The position numbers were made by a program, and so were the translations under genes. 64,000 nucleotides of DNA from Octopus vulgaris. Its lineage: Eukaryota. The stretch is from contig OX597815.1 of assembly GCA_951406725.2 (NCBI GenBank), positions 153,202,001-153,266,000 of the forward strand, written 5' to 3'. Positions 12,153 through 25,985 of the stretch are shown here, piece after piece; position 1 is the stretch's first letter; every line of letters starts with the position of its first letter. The notes beneath the pieces were generated by a model that saw only the letters and a list, made by a program, of their open reading frames with translations, was not told the origin of the DNA and did no database searches.

Positions 12153-14339
12153 CTACTGCTGCTGTTGTTGTCATTGATGTTGTTGTTTCTAGTTTTCACA
12201 GAACCCCGATGTGAAAAAATTCTTTTTTTTTTTTTTGCTTTACTAACAAAGAAATCCTGACCATTCATTCATTATCTTAAGAAAAAGGAAATGAAGATAA
12301 TTCGTCTTGGGATATTTATTTTGCTGTATAATGATATTTTTTAAACCTCCATATAGTTCAATATCACTACGTTATGGGTTCTCATTGTTGTTATTTAACC
12401 CCCTGCCAGATTTGATCGAAAGTATTTCATCCACCTTGTCTTTTCTTATGTTTAGCAAACACAGAACCATATCCAATATGTCTTGCGTCAGACTATGAGG
12501 CGTGATATGGAAGAAACCCGGCAGTTATTTGTCGCATGTCGGGCGCTCAAGTTGAGGAAGTGTGAGCCACAAAAGTGTTAGCAACGATTATGGCCCCAAA
12601 ATATTCGAAAACAAAAAAGCAACAAATTTTAAAATGAAATGCAAAAGATAATGGCAATTATATAAACGTGGTTGAATATTGTAAATATGAGTATATCTGG
12701 GGTAAGTATCCACTTTCCTTTGTAACTTCAGTGGTCCGATACATACTTCGTTTAACTACTGATATTGAAGTACCTTACCCGCCGTTTTCATTAAATCTAT
12801 GGAAGCCAAATCTACGGCTTAATTTTCATGCTTCCTTTCATCACTGGATGCGATGATACATAAGATGTTTTTTTTTCCCCGTTTTTGGTTTTCAACTCTT
12901 TAATTAGTTTCACCTTTTGATTGTCACGTTCTTGATTACACTTTTAGAAATTCCTATTCTTAAAGCTTCTCATTCTTCTTTATCTATATATTTTTTCTTT
13001 TGTTTCGGTTTTTGTTGGCCAGTCTACTGTAAATATTCCAAGGTTCCGTTTTCTTGTGTTTATTTTCTTTATTTTGCACATGTCCCGTTTACATTAATAA
13101 TTTAAGTTCTTACTTTATTTTTTTATTTTCTGTTTGCATTATATTCATTATTTGTATTTTCTTGTTTTTTTTTGTTTTGTTTTCAGTACTTTATTTCAAT
13201 TTCTAGTGTTCTTTTTACAACACTTTAAAACTTGGACCAAATCATACAGTCTGTAGTTGTATTGTTTGTTCAGTTTTGGACGAAAGCAGTTGTCTGGTGA
13301 TGATATGAACTGCATTCTATTAGCATTTTTTTCTTACATGCGGAGTCAGATCTCGGCTACTATAGACATTAGTAATGCATTAATTACAAGAAAGAAAGAT
13401 CAATGAATTTAGTACGTCTTATTACGTCTGTTTAACAGATGTCCTTCAATATTTTCGGATACTTTTCAGAGGAGTCGATGCATTTTCCAAATGTACACAA
13501 ATAACTATGAAAACATTACATAACTATGAAAACATTATAGAATATTCACTAGATTAGTAGATCAAAAGAGCGTAGGGCATCTGCATTACTCCAGTAATTG
13601 GTTATATAGACGGCAAGTGCCCAATCTGTACGGACAAGTTAAACCATGAAAATAGGGACCCTTTTACTGGAAGCGAATCTTTTCCAAAACAGTAGTCTAT
13701 GTCAAGCAGATCACTTGTTGCTGAGCCTCAGGCCTTCTTTGATCAAGTAGACATATGCTTAAGAGCGTTCGAGTTAAAAGCATATTGCATTCTTGCGGGT
13801 TTCTACCGATATATCACTCAATGTGTCTTTCTCTTTTCAAGACGGTAAAGTTTGAGTTAAGAGAAATTTCACTACTGTTTCAGCAATTCAGGTGACTGTG
13901 TCAGATTAGTGGGGCAATTAAATGAAATTGATATGAGATATACAGGAATAGGGTTAAATAGCAAACTGAAATTTCGTTGCTTTAGTGAGAGAAAATTCCT
14001 TGACTATAGAGGGAGTTTATATATAAGACGAAAAAATGCATCGCTGCTGATGGATTGCCAGCAAGATTGATTATAGACATTGTTTTTTAAGTAAAATTTT
14101 GTGTTTAAGATGTGTGTTCTCGATCAGGTAGAGAATATGTGGTTCGGCATCATTCTTTACTTTCACCTCTTCGTCAACCTACTTCATCCCTTCCTTCTCC
14201 TCTCCTCCCCTCCTCTTTGTCTTCCTTAACACCAACGGCAACGAAATCAAAATCAACCAGAAGAGAAGAAAAGCGATGGAACATCAACAGCAAAAGCAAC
14301 AGTAATAACAAGGATAGCAAAATCAACAACGAACGACAA

Positions 14340-14359
14340 GAAGAAAAAAGGCAACAACA

Positions 14360-14429
<70 letters not shown>

Positions 14430-14550
14430 AAGAAGAGCAACAACAACAACAACAACAAAGACAATAATAATAACGACAAGCTCAACAATGATCACAAAGA
14501 CGAAACAACAACAACAACAACATCAACAACAGTTATTACAACAACAATGG
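14340..14550. repeat. Compound (AAT)n/(AAG)n/(AAC)n microsatellite
   Basis: Read directly. Confidence 0.9.
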
Positions 14551-15572
14551 CAACGAAAACAAACAAGCGAGCAAGCAAAGAATGTTTAACTGGAACAGAA
14601 AGAGTTTCAACGAAATGACAATATGGCCGCCAAATCGATTAATTATTTAGGTTAAGAGCATAATTCCCCTTGTGAAAACATCTTTGTTTTGTTTCATTGG
14701 TTGAGGAAAGTGTTATAACGATATCTCCTTTGGAAAGCTAGTTTTAGTGAAGATGACAAACTATTGCAATAAAATAAGATCTGATTTCTATCTTTTTATT
14801 ATTCTTTTTTTTTTAGTTTTGATAACAACAGATATTGTTAACCATAAAATTGCTTCATTTATAATTTTCTATACTTGAAGCATATCATGACACCGTGACG
14901 TTTATGAGCAGGGGAGAGAATATTACACATCGACACACACTCACACACAATTACACGAACACACATTGAGTGTAACTGCGTGTATTTATGATCAAGCAAG
15001 AAAACACACACAGAAATCCGTAGGTCTTATATATTTTACTCAAACGCATACACACACATACATACATTTATGCATACATACATGCTTACATCCATTGACA
15101 GATGCACATATAAACACCGCAGAAAACATTAATATAGAGATGGGTCCGATCGCAGTCATATATGCAAACACATAAAGAATACAACGCTAACACAAGCGCA
15201 GTCCCACATGCCTGTATATGTACAAACAATTATATACATATACATAATAACAGGCAGACACACAGGCATACACAGATATTTTAGCAAGCATTCGAAAGCA
15301 TAAATGCATGTAAAGACACCTATAATTATATATAGAGCATAGATACAAACACTGTGTATAAGCCTATACACTGTGTATAAGCCTCTCTCACATACAGACA
15401 TAAACATTTAGTTTTCTTTAAGAAAACGTGTACAAATATTCACAGAGGGGCATGCAACGCACATGCACATATATATTATAAAAATGTACATAGACATATA
15501 CTATATTTGCACACAGGTCAGTCACATATATGACTTATATAGCATTCATAAGTATTTGCTTCTGTTTGTATT

Positions 15573-15630
<58 letters not shown>

Positions 15631-15917
15631 AAACTTGTGGCGTGCATACACAAACTTACGTTCAGAGTATTGACTAGTGTTTACGTAGATTTTATTACAA
15701 TATAGTACATCTGTATAGCACATACATCACAGGCATATATAAGTGAGTGTGCGTGTGCGTGTGTCTTTGTGTGTGTGTGTGTGTTTGCGTGTAAGTGTGT
15801 GCGTGTGAGTGTGCGTATTCTGTGTATGTGTCTGCGTATATTCAAGCATGCAGACATATATGCATTAAAGCCCTCATGTATAATATATGTATATGTGTGT
15901 GTGAGAGAGATTGTGTA

Positions 15918-15948
<31 letters not shown>

Positions 15949-16100
15949 ATGATTTCTTTTAATTTAATATTTATACGTATGCGTTGTATTATAAACATAA
16001 TAAATACATATTTAAATACATGTGTGTGTACGTGTTTGAATGAATGTGTGTATAAAAGTTTGCAGGTATGTATATATGTATATATGTGTCTGTGTGTATG

Positions 16101-16154
<54 letters not shown>

Positions 16155-16423
16155 TTTAAGTATGTATCTATTTATAAATGCTTATTATGGAATATTTTGA
16201 GCCTTTGCCCTTCAGATTCGGTCACTTGTAGGTTTTAATGTTCAGACGCCCCTAGGAAAGTTTTGAATGTTTCTGAACTATTCTTACCTCCGAAACTGAT
16301 GAATCAATGGTTTTCTTTTACAATGAGTTTAACGATGCAAAAGGAATTGATACGCTGCAAGTGTACCGATCGAATCCGGTAGCCGAACCGTCTTCTACGT
16401 CACTTACCCTGCCACACGTATAT

Positions 16424-16475
<52 letters not shown>

Positions 16476-16599
16476 TTATATATAGGTATTATGTAGTAAA
16501 GAACATATAATGCAAAAGCAGAAAGAGCATCACAGAAGAACAAAATTCGACAAATATGGCATTAGCTTAACGCTTGACAAGGTTAAGTGAATACGGGGG

Positions 16600-17090
16600 T
16601 TAAACATGTTTGGATGCAGAAGAGAACAGAAAATGGCGAAAATAGAAATATTAAAAAATGGAATGGAAATATAAAAATAAGAGATAAAAGAGGAAAGAAA
16701 GGAAAATAAGGGTAAAGAAACGAAGAGAGAAAGCGAAAGTAGGAGAGAGTGATAGCGAGGCAAGGAGAGAGTAACGGAGAGAGAGAGGGGAAGTTAGAGG
16801 GAGAGGGAGATAGTAAGAGATAGGGAGAGAGTAAGAGAGAGGGAAAGAGTAAAAGAGAGAGAAATAGAGTGAGGGAGGGAGTAAGAGGGAGAGGGAGAGA
16901 GTAAGAGAGAGAATAAGAGAGAGAAGGAGGAAGAGTTAGAGAAAGAGAGAAGGAGAAAGTAAGAGAGAGCGTAAGAGAGAGAGAGAGAGAGAAAGAGGAG
17001 AGGGAGGGAGAGTGTAATAGAGAGAAGGACAAGGTAAAAGAGAGCAGGGAAGGGATGAAAGAGGAAAAAAAAAGGCCAAAGGAAAAATCC
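16600..17090. repeat. GA-rich polypurine low-complexity tract
   Basis: Almost pure A/G on the + strand for ~450 bp. Confidence 0.85.
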
Positions 17091-17404
17091 TGGATGTTCA
17101 TGGGAGATATATATATATATATATATCAAAAAGGCAGAAAAAAGATGGCCAACGTAATCTAGGTAGAAATCCATGGTAGAGTTACGAGGTGAAGATCGAA
17201 GTTGGAGTACCAAGGTCGAATCTAGATGAAATACGAGTAAGCGTTAAACATTCAATGTAAAGTAGTAAAAATATTGTAAATCAGAAAGAACAACAAAGAA
17301 TGCAGGAATACAGGTTAAGTATTGAGAAGTTCACACGAATTTGCAGATTAGACATCTTTCGAGGGCGAAAGAAAAATATAAGTGAACTCTCTCTTTTTTT
17401 TTTA

Positions 17405-17548
17405 TCGTTTTACTTGATTCACTAATTGGACTGTGGCCACACTGGGGCACTGCCTTGAAAGGTTTTACTTGAACAAATCAAGCAAGTATTCATTTTTTAA
17501 AGTTTGATACTTACTCGTATGCTATCGGTCTCTATTGCCGAACCACTA
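17405..17548 (-). mobile_element. Degraded 3' fragment of SINE family A
   Basis: GACTGTGGCCACACTGGGGCAC...CTATCGGTCTCTATTGCCGAACC. Confidence 0.6.
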
Positions 17549-17559
17549 GAATTTATAGT

Positions 17560-17812
17560 GCAGTTCAAAAGCCAAGGAAAATAATCAACAAATTTTCGTC
17601 CTTGCCGACCTGGCCCCTCGGAAAGGAAGCTTCGCTGTTTGAAGAGAATTATGGAAAACGAACCCCGTTCGAAGGCTTCTGACATTGCGAAACAGCTAGA
17701 AGTTAGTCCAAGAATGTGAATGTGTGTTACATAACTGCATAAGCTTGGGTATTATGGACGAGCAACGAGAAGGAAAACTCTCCTTCAACTAATTAATATG
17801 AAATAAAACATT
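17560..17812 (+). mobile_element. Tc1-like transposase HTH-region fragment
   Basis: RPGPSERKLRCLKRIMENEPRSKASDIAKQLEVS...LHKLGYYGRATRRKTLL matches the Tc1 RLH.GL.GR.ARKKPLL pattern. Confidence 0.7.
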
Positions 17813-18099
17813 TTGAAAATTAAACGTGTCTATCTATTTCCTGCATGTCTATATATATATATACATACGTAGAAGGATACATACACATATTATATTAGTA
17901 AATTATTTTATACTTTGCATCACGCAGTTTGAATTAACTATGAAGTAATGAATGAAAATAAGTTTTTGGGGTTGATCGAGTCGCTGGAATCCTCAACTAT
18001 AAAAAAATTTCGAAAACTAAATTTTCATTAAAATATATTAAAATAGAAATTTATAGAAATTTCATAGACAGTGTGGACTTTAATAACTGTTTTCTTTTA

Positions 18100-18400
18100 G
18101 CAATAGTTACTTACTGCAAACTAATTAAGAAGCAACTTTCTTTATTACAGTATTGATGTGAGTGAGCTTTCTCACAGATTTGGATTATGTTCGTCGTTAG
18201 AAGTTGGTTGTGTGTTTTTATACAATTTCGTAAAGACGTTGGTTTTATCAGCAAGTAAAAACAAAATGTTCTGCGGATTTCTTAATGTTCTTAATACCCA
18301 AAGATAATTTTGATATGGACGGTGTTAGTGTATTTAACAAATCTAATGTTGCAGATCTGATCTCCGAAGACAGATTTGAATGATTTCATGATAAGAAATC
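18100..18400 (-). mobile_element. Penelope-like RT N-terminal remnant
   Basis: Frameshifted IKNIKKS...LADKTNVF...NQLLTTNI, similar to the PLE ADKT motif. Confidence 0.45.
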
Positions 18401-18489
18401 TAGCGTTGTTACAGTGAAAGATAGGTATTATATTTTGATGTCGATGATGTGGAAGAAAGTATTATGTATACATATAGCGTTGAGCCAAA

Positions 18490-18720
18490 AGTTAAGCAAT
18501 ATTTTGGTAACTTACTTACTTTATTCGTCAAATTGCAACAAAGGCAACCAAGTATTCAAAGTAGAGACCATCGTGTTGTCCGAATCCACCTTTCCGCCAG
18601 TTCTTTGATTCCACACTGATACTAGCTCTTGTCTATCCTTCGAGACGAAGAAGTCCTTCACTGGAGCTTCCATCTCCTCTTAGTTGATGAAACTTTGCAA
18701 GCGCAGGAATTGTTCACGTT
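18490..18720 (-). mobile_element. Mariner-like transposase C-terminal fragment
   Basis: VKDFFVSKD...YQCGIKELAERW...HDGLYFE matches the mariner FF.SK...Y..GI..L..RW...DG.YF pattern. Confidence 0.75.
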
Positions 18721-18853
18721 GGCGGACCGGGTTGGTGTCAATTGATGATTTTCTCCTAAGATGAAACTGGTCGGTCACTGCGAGAAATTACACCTTCACT
18801 GTGTGTGTGTGGTGGCGGAGGGACCAGCACACACACACGCATACACACATTTA

Positions 18854-18885
<32 letters not shown>

Positions 18886-18915
18886 GTCTGTGTGTATAAA
18901 TGTATGTATATATTT

Positions 18916-19087
18916 AGGCGTAGGAGTGACTGTGTGGTAAGTAGCTTGCTTATGAACCACATGGTTCCGGGTTCAGTCCCACTGCGTGGCACCTTGGGCA
19001 AGTATCTTCTACTATAGCCCCGGGTCGACCAAAGCCTTCTGAGTGGAACTTGTAGACGGAAACTGAAGGAAGCTCGTCGTATATATG

Positions 19088-19118
<31 letters not shown>

Positions 19119-19325
19119 TTTTGTGTGTATGTGTTTGTGTCTGTATTTGTTCCTCCAACATCGTTTGACAACCGATGCTGGTGTGTTTACGTCTTCATAA
19201 CTTAGCGGTTCGGCAAAAGAGACAGATAGAATAAGTAGTAGGCTTAAAAAGATTAAGTCCTGGGGTCGATTTGCTCGACTAAAGGTAGTGCGCCAGCATG
19301 GCCACGGTCACATGACTGAAAGAAT
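18916..19325 (+). mobile_element. SINE family A, full length
   Basis: AGGCGTAGGAGTGACTGTGTGG...GGTTCAGTCCC head; internal (TA)/(TG) tract. Confidence 0.9.
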
Positions 19326-19384
19326 ATATGTGTATGTATGAGCGTATGTATATCTATCTATCTATCCGTCTGTCTATCTTTCTG

Positions 19385-19433
<49 letters not shown>

Positions 19434-19439
19434 ATATAT

Positions 19440-19498
<59 letters not shown>

Positions 19499-19503
<5 letters not shown>

Positions 19504-19960
19504 TTAGATAAAACTTAGATATGTTTCGACCAGAGATTGGTCCAGGCCATGTCTAACTTAATAGCACCACCTGATAGGATTATTCGAATCCTGTTTAAGT
19601 CAAGTTTTGTTCAAGTAGTGAGTTCTTGTTGGGTGAGTTGTATCCAGTTTTGTTCAAGTAGTGAGTTCTTGTTGGGTGAGTTGTATCCAATTATGGGTGG
19701 CTTGTCTGGTATTCTTTGAAGGAATCTATCCAGACTCTGTTTGAAGTTGATGGGATCCTTTTCCTCTTTGATCTCCCTCGGGACAATGTTAAATAGGGCA
19801 GGGCCTGTTGAGGAAAAGAAATTATGTTGCAGTGTACATGTATGTTGTGATCTTGAATTTGGCAGGGGACGTATAGCCCGTGGTCCAAGTCTCGGATGAA
19901 CCTTGAAGCTAATGTTTAGGTCGTTTGGGCAAAGTTGGCGGTATATTTTCCACATCGTAT
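19499..19960 (-). mobile_element. 3' end of a CR1/L2-group LINE
   Basis: MWKIY...GPALFNIVP...FKQSLDRFLQRIPDKP...NSLLE; short tandem tail (ATCTAAGTTTT)2 and a ~42-bp internal tandem duplication at ~19606-19689. Confidence 0.75.
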
Positions 19961-20459
19961 AAGTTGTATATACATATGTTGTATATAGATATACATACAC
20001 ACACAGATTCACACGCACACATACACACACACTCATATACACACGCGCACACATACACACACACATATCGTTAGTTTAGTCCCATGGTCTATACATATAC
20101 ATAGCCATTAAGCACTATACTAACACCAAGATTACTTGTCCCACACTATCACCCATTTGAAACAAACCTTGATCATGTAGTTCGTAACGTTCATTTATAA
20201 CAAACATGTTATTGCTATAGCCAATCGTAGCATTATTCTAAATGATTCAAAGCTGTTGGCGACAGTATAAAATGATAGTAAAGACCTTCAGGAATTGCCA
20301 TAATTTCAACCTTTAAACATTAGTAAATCGGTGGAGTCCGCAGAAAAGGTCAAAACAATACTTATCATAAAAGATTGGGCGGAACATTTAATGGCTCCTA
20401 CCAGAATTTATATTTATTATTTATATGAATTCCCTTTATGGCTTATGTTTATACACACG

Positions 20460-20531
<72 letters not shown>

Positions 20532-20679
20532 ACACATACACACACTCACACTTGGTGGCATACACATGCATTTATATATGTGTATGTATATATGAATGTA
20601 TGTAAGTATCTGCATATGCGCGCACGTGTGTGGGTGCGTATATATATATATACATACATATTCTTTCATTCTTTTACCT

Positions 20680-20840
20680 GGTACTGGTGTATTTACGTCC
20701 CCGTAACTTAGCGGTTCGGCAAAAGAGACCGATAGAGTTAGCACAATGGCTTACAAAGAACAATCCCAGGGGTCGAGTTCTTGAACTAAAAGTCTGTGCT
20801 CCAGCATGGGCAGAGTAAAATGACTGAACAAGTAAAAGAA
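20680..20840 (+). mobile_element. 3' half of SINE family A
   Basis: CTGGTGTATTTACGTCCCCGTAACTTAGCGGTTCGGCAAAAGAGACCGATAG. Confidence 0.8.
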
Positions 20841-20898
20841 TATATGTATATATATATATATACATACATACCCCACCACACACACAGGAGCAGCACTG

Positions 20899-21170
20899 GT
20901 GAAGGCACATCGCGTGGCTTAGCGGCTAGGGTATTCAATTCGCGATGTGTGGTCTGAGTTCGACTCTTTGTAGCGCGTTGTCACCGGACAAAAACGAGTT
21001 GTAGCCGTATAATTCAAAGGGGTAGCCTTGCTACATTCTGTGTCGCGCTGGATATCCTTGAGAGTTACGTTAAGGGTATGCGTGTTTTAAGGAGTTTTCA
21101 ACCATTTGCACGTTAATTTCACGAGCTGAGTGTTCCGCTAATCGGATTACCTAGATCAAACCTCGTCGTA
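20899..21170 (+). mobile_element. tRNA-derived SINE family B, degraded
   Basis: GTGGCTTAGCGG (A box), GAGTTCGACTC (B box), TTAATTTCACGAG core, CCTCGTCGTAA tail. Confidence 0.75.
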
Positions 21171-21320
21171 ATTCACAGAATTTGTCTCTCATCGTTTAAA
21201 TACCGTTGTTGACTTGTTACGTTCCCCGTAACCGAGCAGTCCGTCGAAAAATGGCACGATACCAGACGATAAATAAGTACTGATATCAATTTGGTCCAGT
21301 AAAACCTTTTACAGGAACAT

Positions 21321-21380
<60 letters not shown>

Positions 21381-21869
21381 ACACTTACATATATGTCCTA
21401 AATATGACTTCAAACCGCGCATCCAATAGTAGTGTCCTGTGTCCTGGTTCGGAAGTTCCAGAGTTTGGAGGAATGTGGAACCACCTCTGAGACACTATTT
21501 GTTTCCAGGTTTTCTCTGACCCAGAGTAGTAACATCTGCCAGGGTCCTAGATATGGGTTTACTCGTATATTGACAACTGGAAATGAAGGACCCTTCGATC
21601 TCGTTCGAAATTCTTTCTAGGAGACAGTTAACTAGTATAGAAAAGCTGAAGAGTAGATAGTTTTCGGTCGTTTCAACCTCTGTTGGTATGGTTCTGGTCC
21701 TATCGCTGTTTGCGTTAAAAAGGCGGGCTCATGACTGTGCAATACTTTACCCGTTCAAAATAAATTCACACAGAGGAACTTCTTGGACTCTTGATTCTAA
21801 AATGTAGTCACAAGATGACTTTCACTACATACATGCATACATACATACATACATACATACATACATACA

Positions 21870-21901
<32 letters not shown>

Positions 21902-22586
21902 AATACGCACACACTTGCATAATACACACTCACCCTCAAACACACACTCACACACACACACGCACGCACACACATGCACGCACACACACACACACACATA
22001 TACATGAAAAATTCTGAATAAAACAAGTACGTTTCACCATTGTTTTTATTTTCATCATATGCAACGATCGTTCAAAGTTCAGTTGGATGCTGAACCTCAA
22101 CAGATCCGGGGAACACTTTATTGCATTATATTACATAAATTAAATGACTCAGTTCATGTCTGTTAGATAATACAATAAAGTGTCCTCGTGATAGTCTATT
22201 ACGGTTCAGCGTCCGGTTGCACTCGGAACACCCAATATAGAAGTTGCAAATAACCACAGCAATAAAAAGTACGTAGGGACAAATGATATAAACTTGTGTT
22301 TAAAATATTTTCTCCTACATTTGCTCTGTACATGAAAACCAATAATGCTACTAAGTACAGTAGTAACCAAACCACTATACTAGAAACAGATTGGATGATG
22401 ATAACCTACGTGGAGCTTCAAATTCAACTGTAGCAGTCGTACATCTAAATGTACTCACAAGATACACTATATGTTTGCGTGTGTAGTTGCGTGCGTATAC
22501 ACACTCATATTTTCAAGTATGTCTGTATGTATGTATGTATGTATGTATGTATGTATGTATGTATGTATGTATGTATGTATATATAT

Positions 22587-22980
22587 AGGCGCAGGAGTGG
22601 CTGTGTGGTAAGTAGCTTGCTAACCAACCGCATGGTTCCGGTTTCAGTCCCACTGCGTGGCATCTTGGGCAAGTGTCTTCTGCTATAGCCCCGGGCCGAC
22701 CAATGCCTTGTGAGTGGATTTGGTAGACGGAAACTGAAAGAAGCCCGTCGTATATATGTATATAGGTGTGTGTGTTTGTGTGTCTGTGTTTGTCTCCCTA
22801 GCATTGCTTGACAACCGATGCTGGTGTGTTTACGTCCCCGTCACTTAGCGGTTCGGCAAAAGAGACCGATAGAATAAGTACTGGGCTTACAAAGAATAAG
22901 TCCCCGGGTCGATTTGCTCGACTAAAGGCGGTGCTCCAGCATGGCCGCAGTCAAATGACTGAAACAAGTAAAAGAGAGAA
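22587..22980 (+). mobile_element. SINE family A, full length
   Basis: Same head, core and tail as 18916-19325. Confidence 0.9.
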
Positions 22981-22993
22981 AGATATATATATA

Positions 22994-23510
22994 TCTATAT
23001 ATATAAAACTGTAGTTGTGTGAGTGTCTGTCTCCTACGATTTAGATTCCTAACTCCTCCCACATTTTGCGGTGCAGTTTAACCAAAACCGGGTATCTTAT
23101 AGTCGTGATTAATATCGAGCCCTTCTGGGTATTAGCGCGCGTCTACGATGAGTCTACGATTTTAAAAATAATTTAACATCATTTTTTATTCCATTTTAAT
23201 GCATAATTTTTCGTGTTTCGATGGCGGCGGAGTTGGCGTCCACGCTCAAACACCTGCACCTGTGTTTGCTTCTCCCCCTTCTTCCCTCCCTCGTGAAGCT
23301 GTGGGGAAGGGAGTTTAAGGAAATAAACGTCGTAAAGCGTTGTCAAGGAGACCAGCGTTCTTTTAGAACAACGACTTCATGGCTTGAAGACACCAAAACA
23401 GAAATGGCTAAGAAAGCCCGAATTGGCATCTATAATGGAAGTAACTCTCTAAAAATGCTTATATAGTTATTTCCCTTACAAACCCGAGCAACGCCGGGCG
23501 ATACTGCTAG
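22994..23510 (+). mobile_element. Non-autonomous Helitron
   Basis: A|TCTATATATATAAAA 5' end; subterminal hairpin CCCGagcaacgcCGGG (23483-23498); CTAG|T 3' end; no TSD. Confidence 0.85.
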
Positions 23511-24225
23511 TATATATATAATACTTAAACATATCAAAGGGAAATGGAATATTAATTAAAATGTTCACCTCCATTGGCCTAACGTGTAAAAATTTAGTCC
23601 CAAAAGACTATGAATTAGTCATAATATATAGTGTACATTTAAACACATAAGGAATCCACTCGTAGAACCCAACACGCTAGAAAGAACAGCTAGGTTCTAT
23701 AGCCACAAAAATTAGGGATTAAATTCGACCGGCATTTTTTTTATTGCCAGCGAAGAGCTGCGTCTACGCAGTAGATTTTGAAAACATTATGATATATAAA
23801 CGGGGGGCATATAGTTTGATTGCTTCGTTGTTTATATATTTAACCTGTTTTACCTGTTGAGAACGATTTCACCACGTGAGCAAATATTATTTGATGGGCA
23901 CTTTATTATGACAAACTATTAATTAGTACTATTAACACAATTTTAAGAACTATTATGATTACTTCAAAACGTTATAGCACTCTCACTCACTCTTTTTCTA
24001 GACCTATTGGCGTATCCCGTTATGCAATTTTTGTTTTTACTTTTTTATTACTTATACAGTCTGTTACCCCCATAGAAAAATTAAGCCACCAATTAATATT
24101 TTAAGTCTAGTCATTTATTCAGCATTCTGAAGCGACACATATGCAAAATTGTATGATTTAAATATATCAAGCCTTTCATCTTCTCGAGGCTCTTCTCCTT
24201 TTCTTTTCTTTTATATATTTTTCTT

Positions 24226-24343
24226 CACTCTGATGAAGCTCCATGTTCCAGATCGGATGTGTTACCAAACATGATGAATATTATTTTCAGAATTTTCAAT
24301 GTCAATGCCGTAGGACATTGTAAGCAGAAACAGCTGTTAGATG
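24226..24343 (+). ncRNA. Hammerhead-like motif with long stem II insert (PLE pLTR-type)
   Basis: CTGATGA(24230)-aGCT...AGCa-GAAA-CAGCTG-TT; palindromic stem III, weak stem I. Confidence 0.5.
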
Positions 24344-24487
24344 GGATACAGTCTCTTTGTATTAAAAAGTAATAACTGATGTTAGTCAATTGTTGTTGAT
24401 CAATATTTCTCCATTTTTCTGTTTACTTTATATATATATATATACATACTTGTCTGTGTGTGTATATATGTATGTGTGTATATATGA

Positions 24488-24532
<45 letters not shown>

Positions 24533-24724
24533 CATACATACATACATACATACATACATACATACATACATACATACAAGCTTACATATATATATATATC
24601 ATGCATGCATGCGTGAGTCCGTAGATAGATACATAGATAGATGGATGGGGAGAGAGAAATAGATAATGTATAGTCTGTCTAAAAAGAGTGACAATGTTTA
24701 TTTCAGTAAATAAACTAACTGACA

Positions 24725-25031
24725 TTCCATTGGTTTGGATGATAAAAGTTCCAGTGAATCCGATCAATGGAACAGCCTGCTCGTGAAATTAACTTGCATG
24801 TGTCTGTGCATTTTACAGACACGTGCACTCTTAACATAGTTCTCAGGGAGATTCAGCGTAACAAGGCTGGTTCCTTTGAAATACAGGTACTATTCATTTT
24901 TGCCAGCTGAGTGATTGGAGCGACGTGAACTAAAGTGTCTTGCTCAAGGATACAAACGGGCCACCGAGAATCGACCTTATGACCTTACGATTGTAAACCA
25001 AATACCCTAACCACTTAGCCACGCGCCTTCA
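24725..25031 (-). mobile_element. SINE family B
   Basis: Minus head GAAGGCGCGTGGCTAAGTGGTTAGGG; GCCTGCTCGTGAAATTAA core. Confidence 0.85.
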
Positions 25032-25284
25032 CTTTAAAATTTATAATCATTTTTAATCAATAATTCCTTGAAGACAATATTTCTTTGTGAAGACGTTTGA
25101 TTCTATGATTTAAAATAATAAATAAAATAAGTTTCCTTGTTGTGAGTGTGGAAAGATAGGCAACGAGGTAGATGACTCTGGGCAATAGGAACGTTCAATA
25201 GCTTGACTGAACGGAAAACCATTAATCGATTAAATAAGTTCGGAGATTCTTTTATAGATATGTATGGTATTCTTTATTTTTTAT

Positions 25285-25480
25285 CGTTTACTTATTTCTG
25301 TCATTGGATTGTGACCATACTGGGACACCATCTTAAAGAGTCTAGTCGAATAAATCGGCCCCAGAATTTATTTATTCTGGTAGTCCTTTTTGCCGAGCCA
25401 CTATTGTTACAGGAACGTAAGCAAACCAACGCCAGTTGTCTGGCTGTGCGGGGTAGAAACCAGCACAAACACAACGGCAC
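25285..25480 (-). mobile_element. Degraded SINE family A 3' half
   Basis: GTCATTGGATTGTGACCATACTGGGACACC...TTTTGCCGAGCCACTA. Confidence 0.6.
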
Positions 25481-25631
25481 ACACATACATATGTATGCTT
25501 ACACACACACACACACACACACGCACATACACACCCATCTTAATGACAGTTTCTCTTTCTCTCTGGTTTTCACTTGTAATTCAGTGGTTCAGTCTTATTT
25601 TATTGTGTTACACTGATTCACCTCAACAATT

Positions 25632-25985
25632 GTGGTGGCGCATGGCTTAATGGTTGGAATATTGGCCTCATGATCGTAAGATTGGGGTTTCGATAGACCG
25701 GGCGATGCGTTGTGTTCTTGAGCAGAATACTTCCTTTTACGTTGTTCTAGTCCATTCAACAAGCAAAAATCAATTCTCCTGCAACGGACCGGCGTCCCGT
25801 CCAGGTGAGGAATTTATACGCCTCAAAACCGGGAAACCAGCCCTTATGAGTCGGTATGATTCGAGATGGCAACTTTACTTTTCCTTTTAACCGCAACAAT
25901 TGCATGAAATGTATTTGTGTCTCTGGGATAAACGTCCTTTTATACGTTAATTTCACGAGTGAAAATTCACTTGGTTTAAACAACT
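25632..25985 (+). mobile_element. tRNA-derived SINE related to family B
   Basis: GGCGCATGGCTTAATGGTT (A box)...GGTTTCGAT, TGTTCTTGAGCAGAATACTT core, later TTAATTTCACGAG. Confidence 0.6.

Noticed and set aside
13501-13538. Short tandem duplications (19 bp x2; also ~15350 and ~19606) as CRISPR-like arrays
   Set aside because: Only two adjacent units, no spacers, eukaryotic context.
14615-14790. Possible conserved non-coding enhancer (TAATTA, TTTGT, ATTGG motifs); similar unique patches at ~5520-5640 and ~26600-26800
   Set aside because: Short motifs are expected by chance in AT-rich DNA; needs cross-species alignment.
18916-18990. tRNA genes at A/B-box motifs
   Set aside because: These are SINE heads continuing into shared SINE bodies; no cloverleaf or Pol III terminator.
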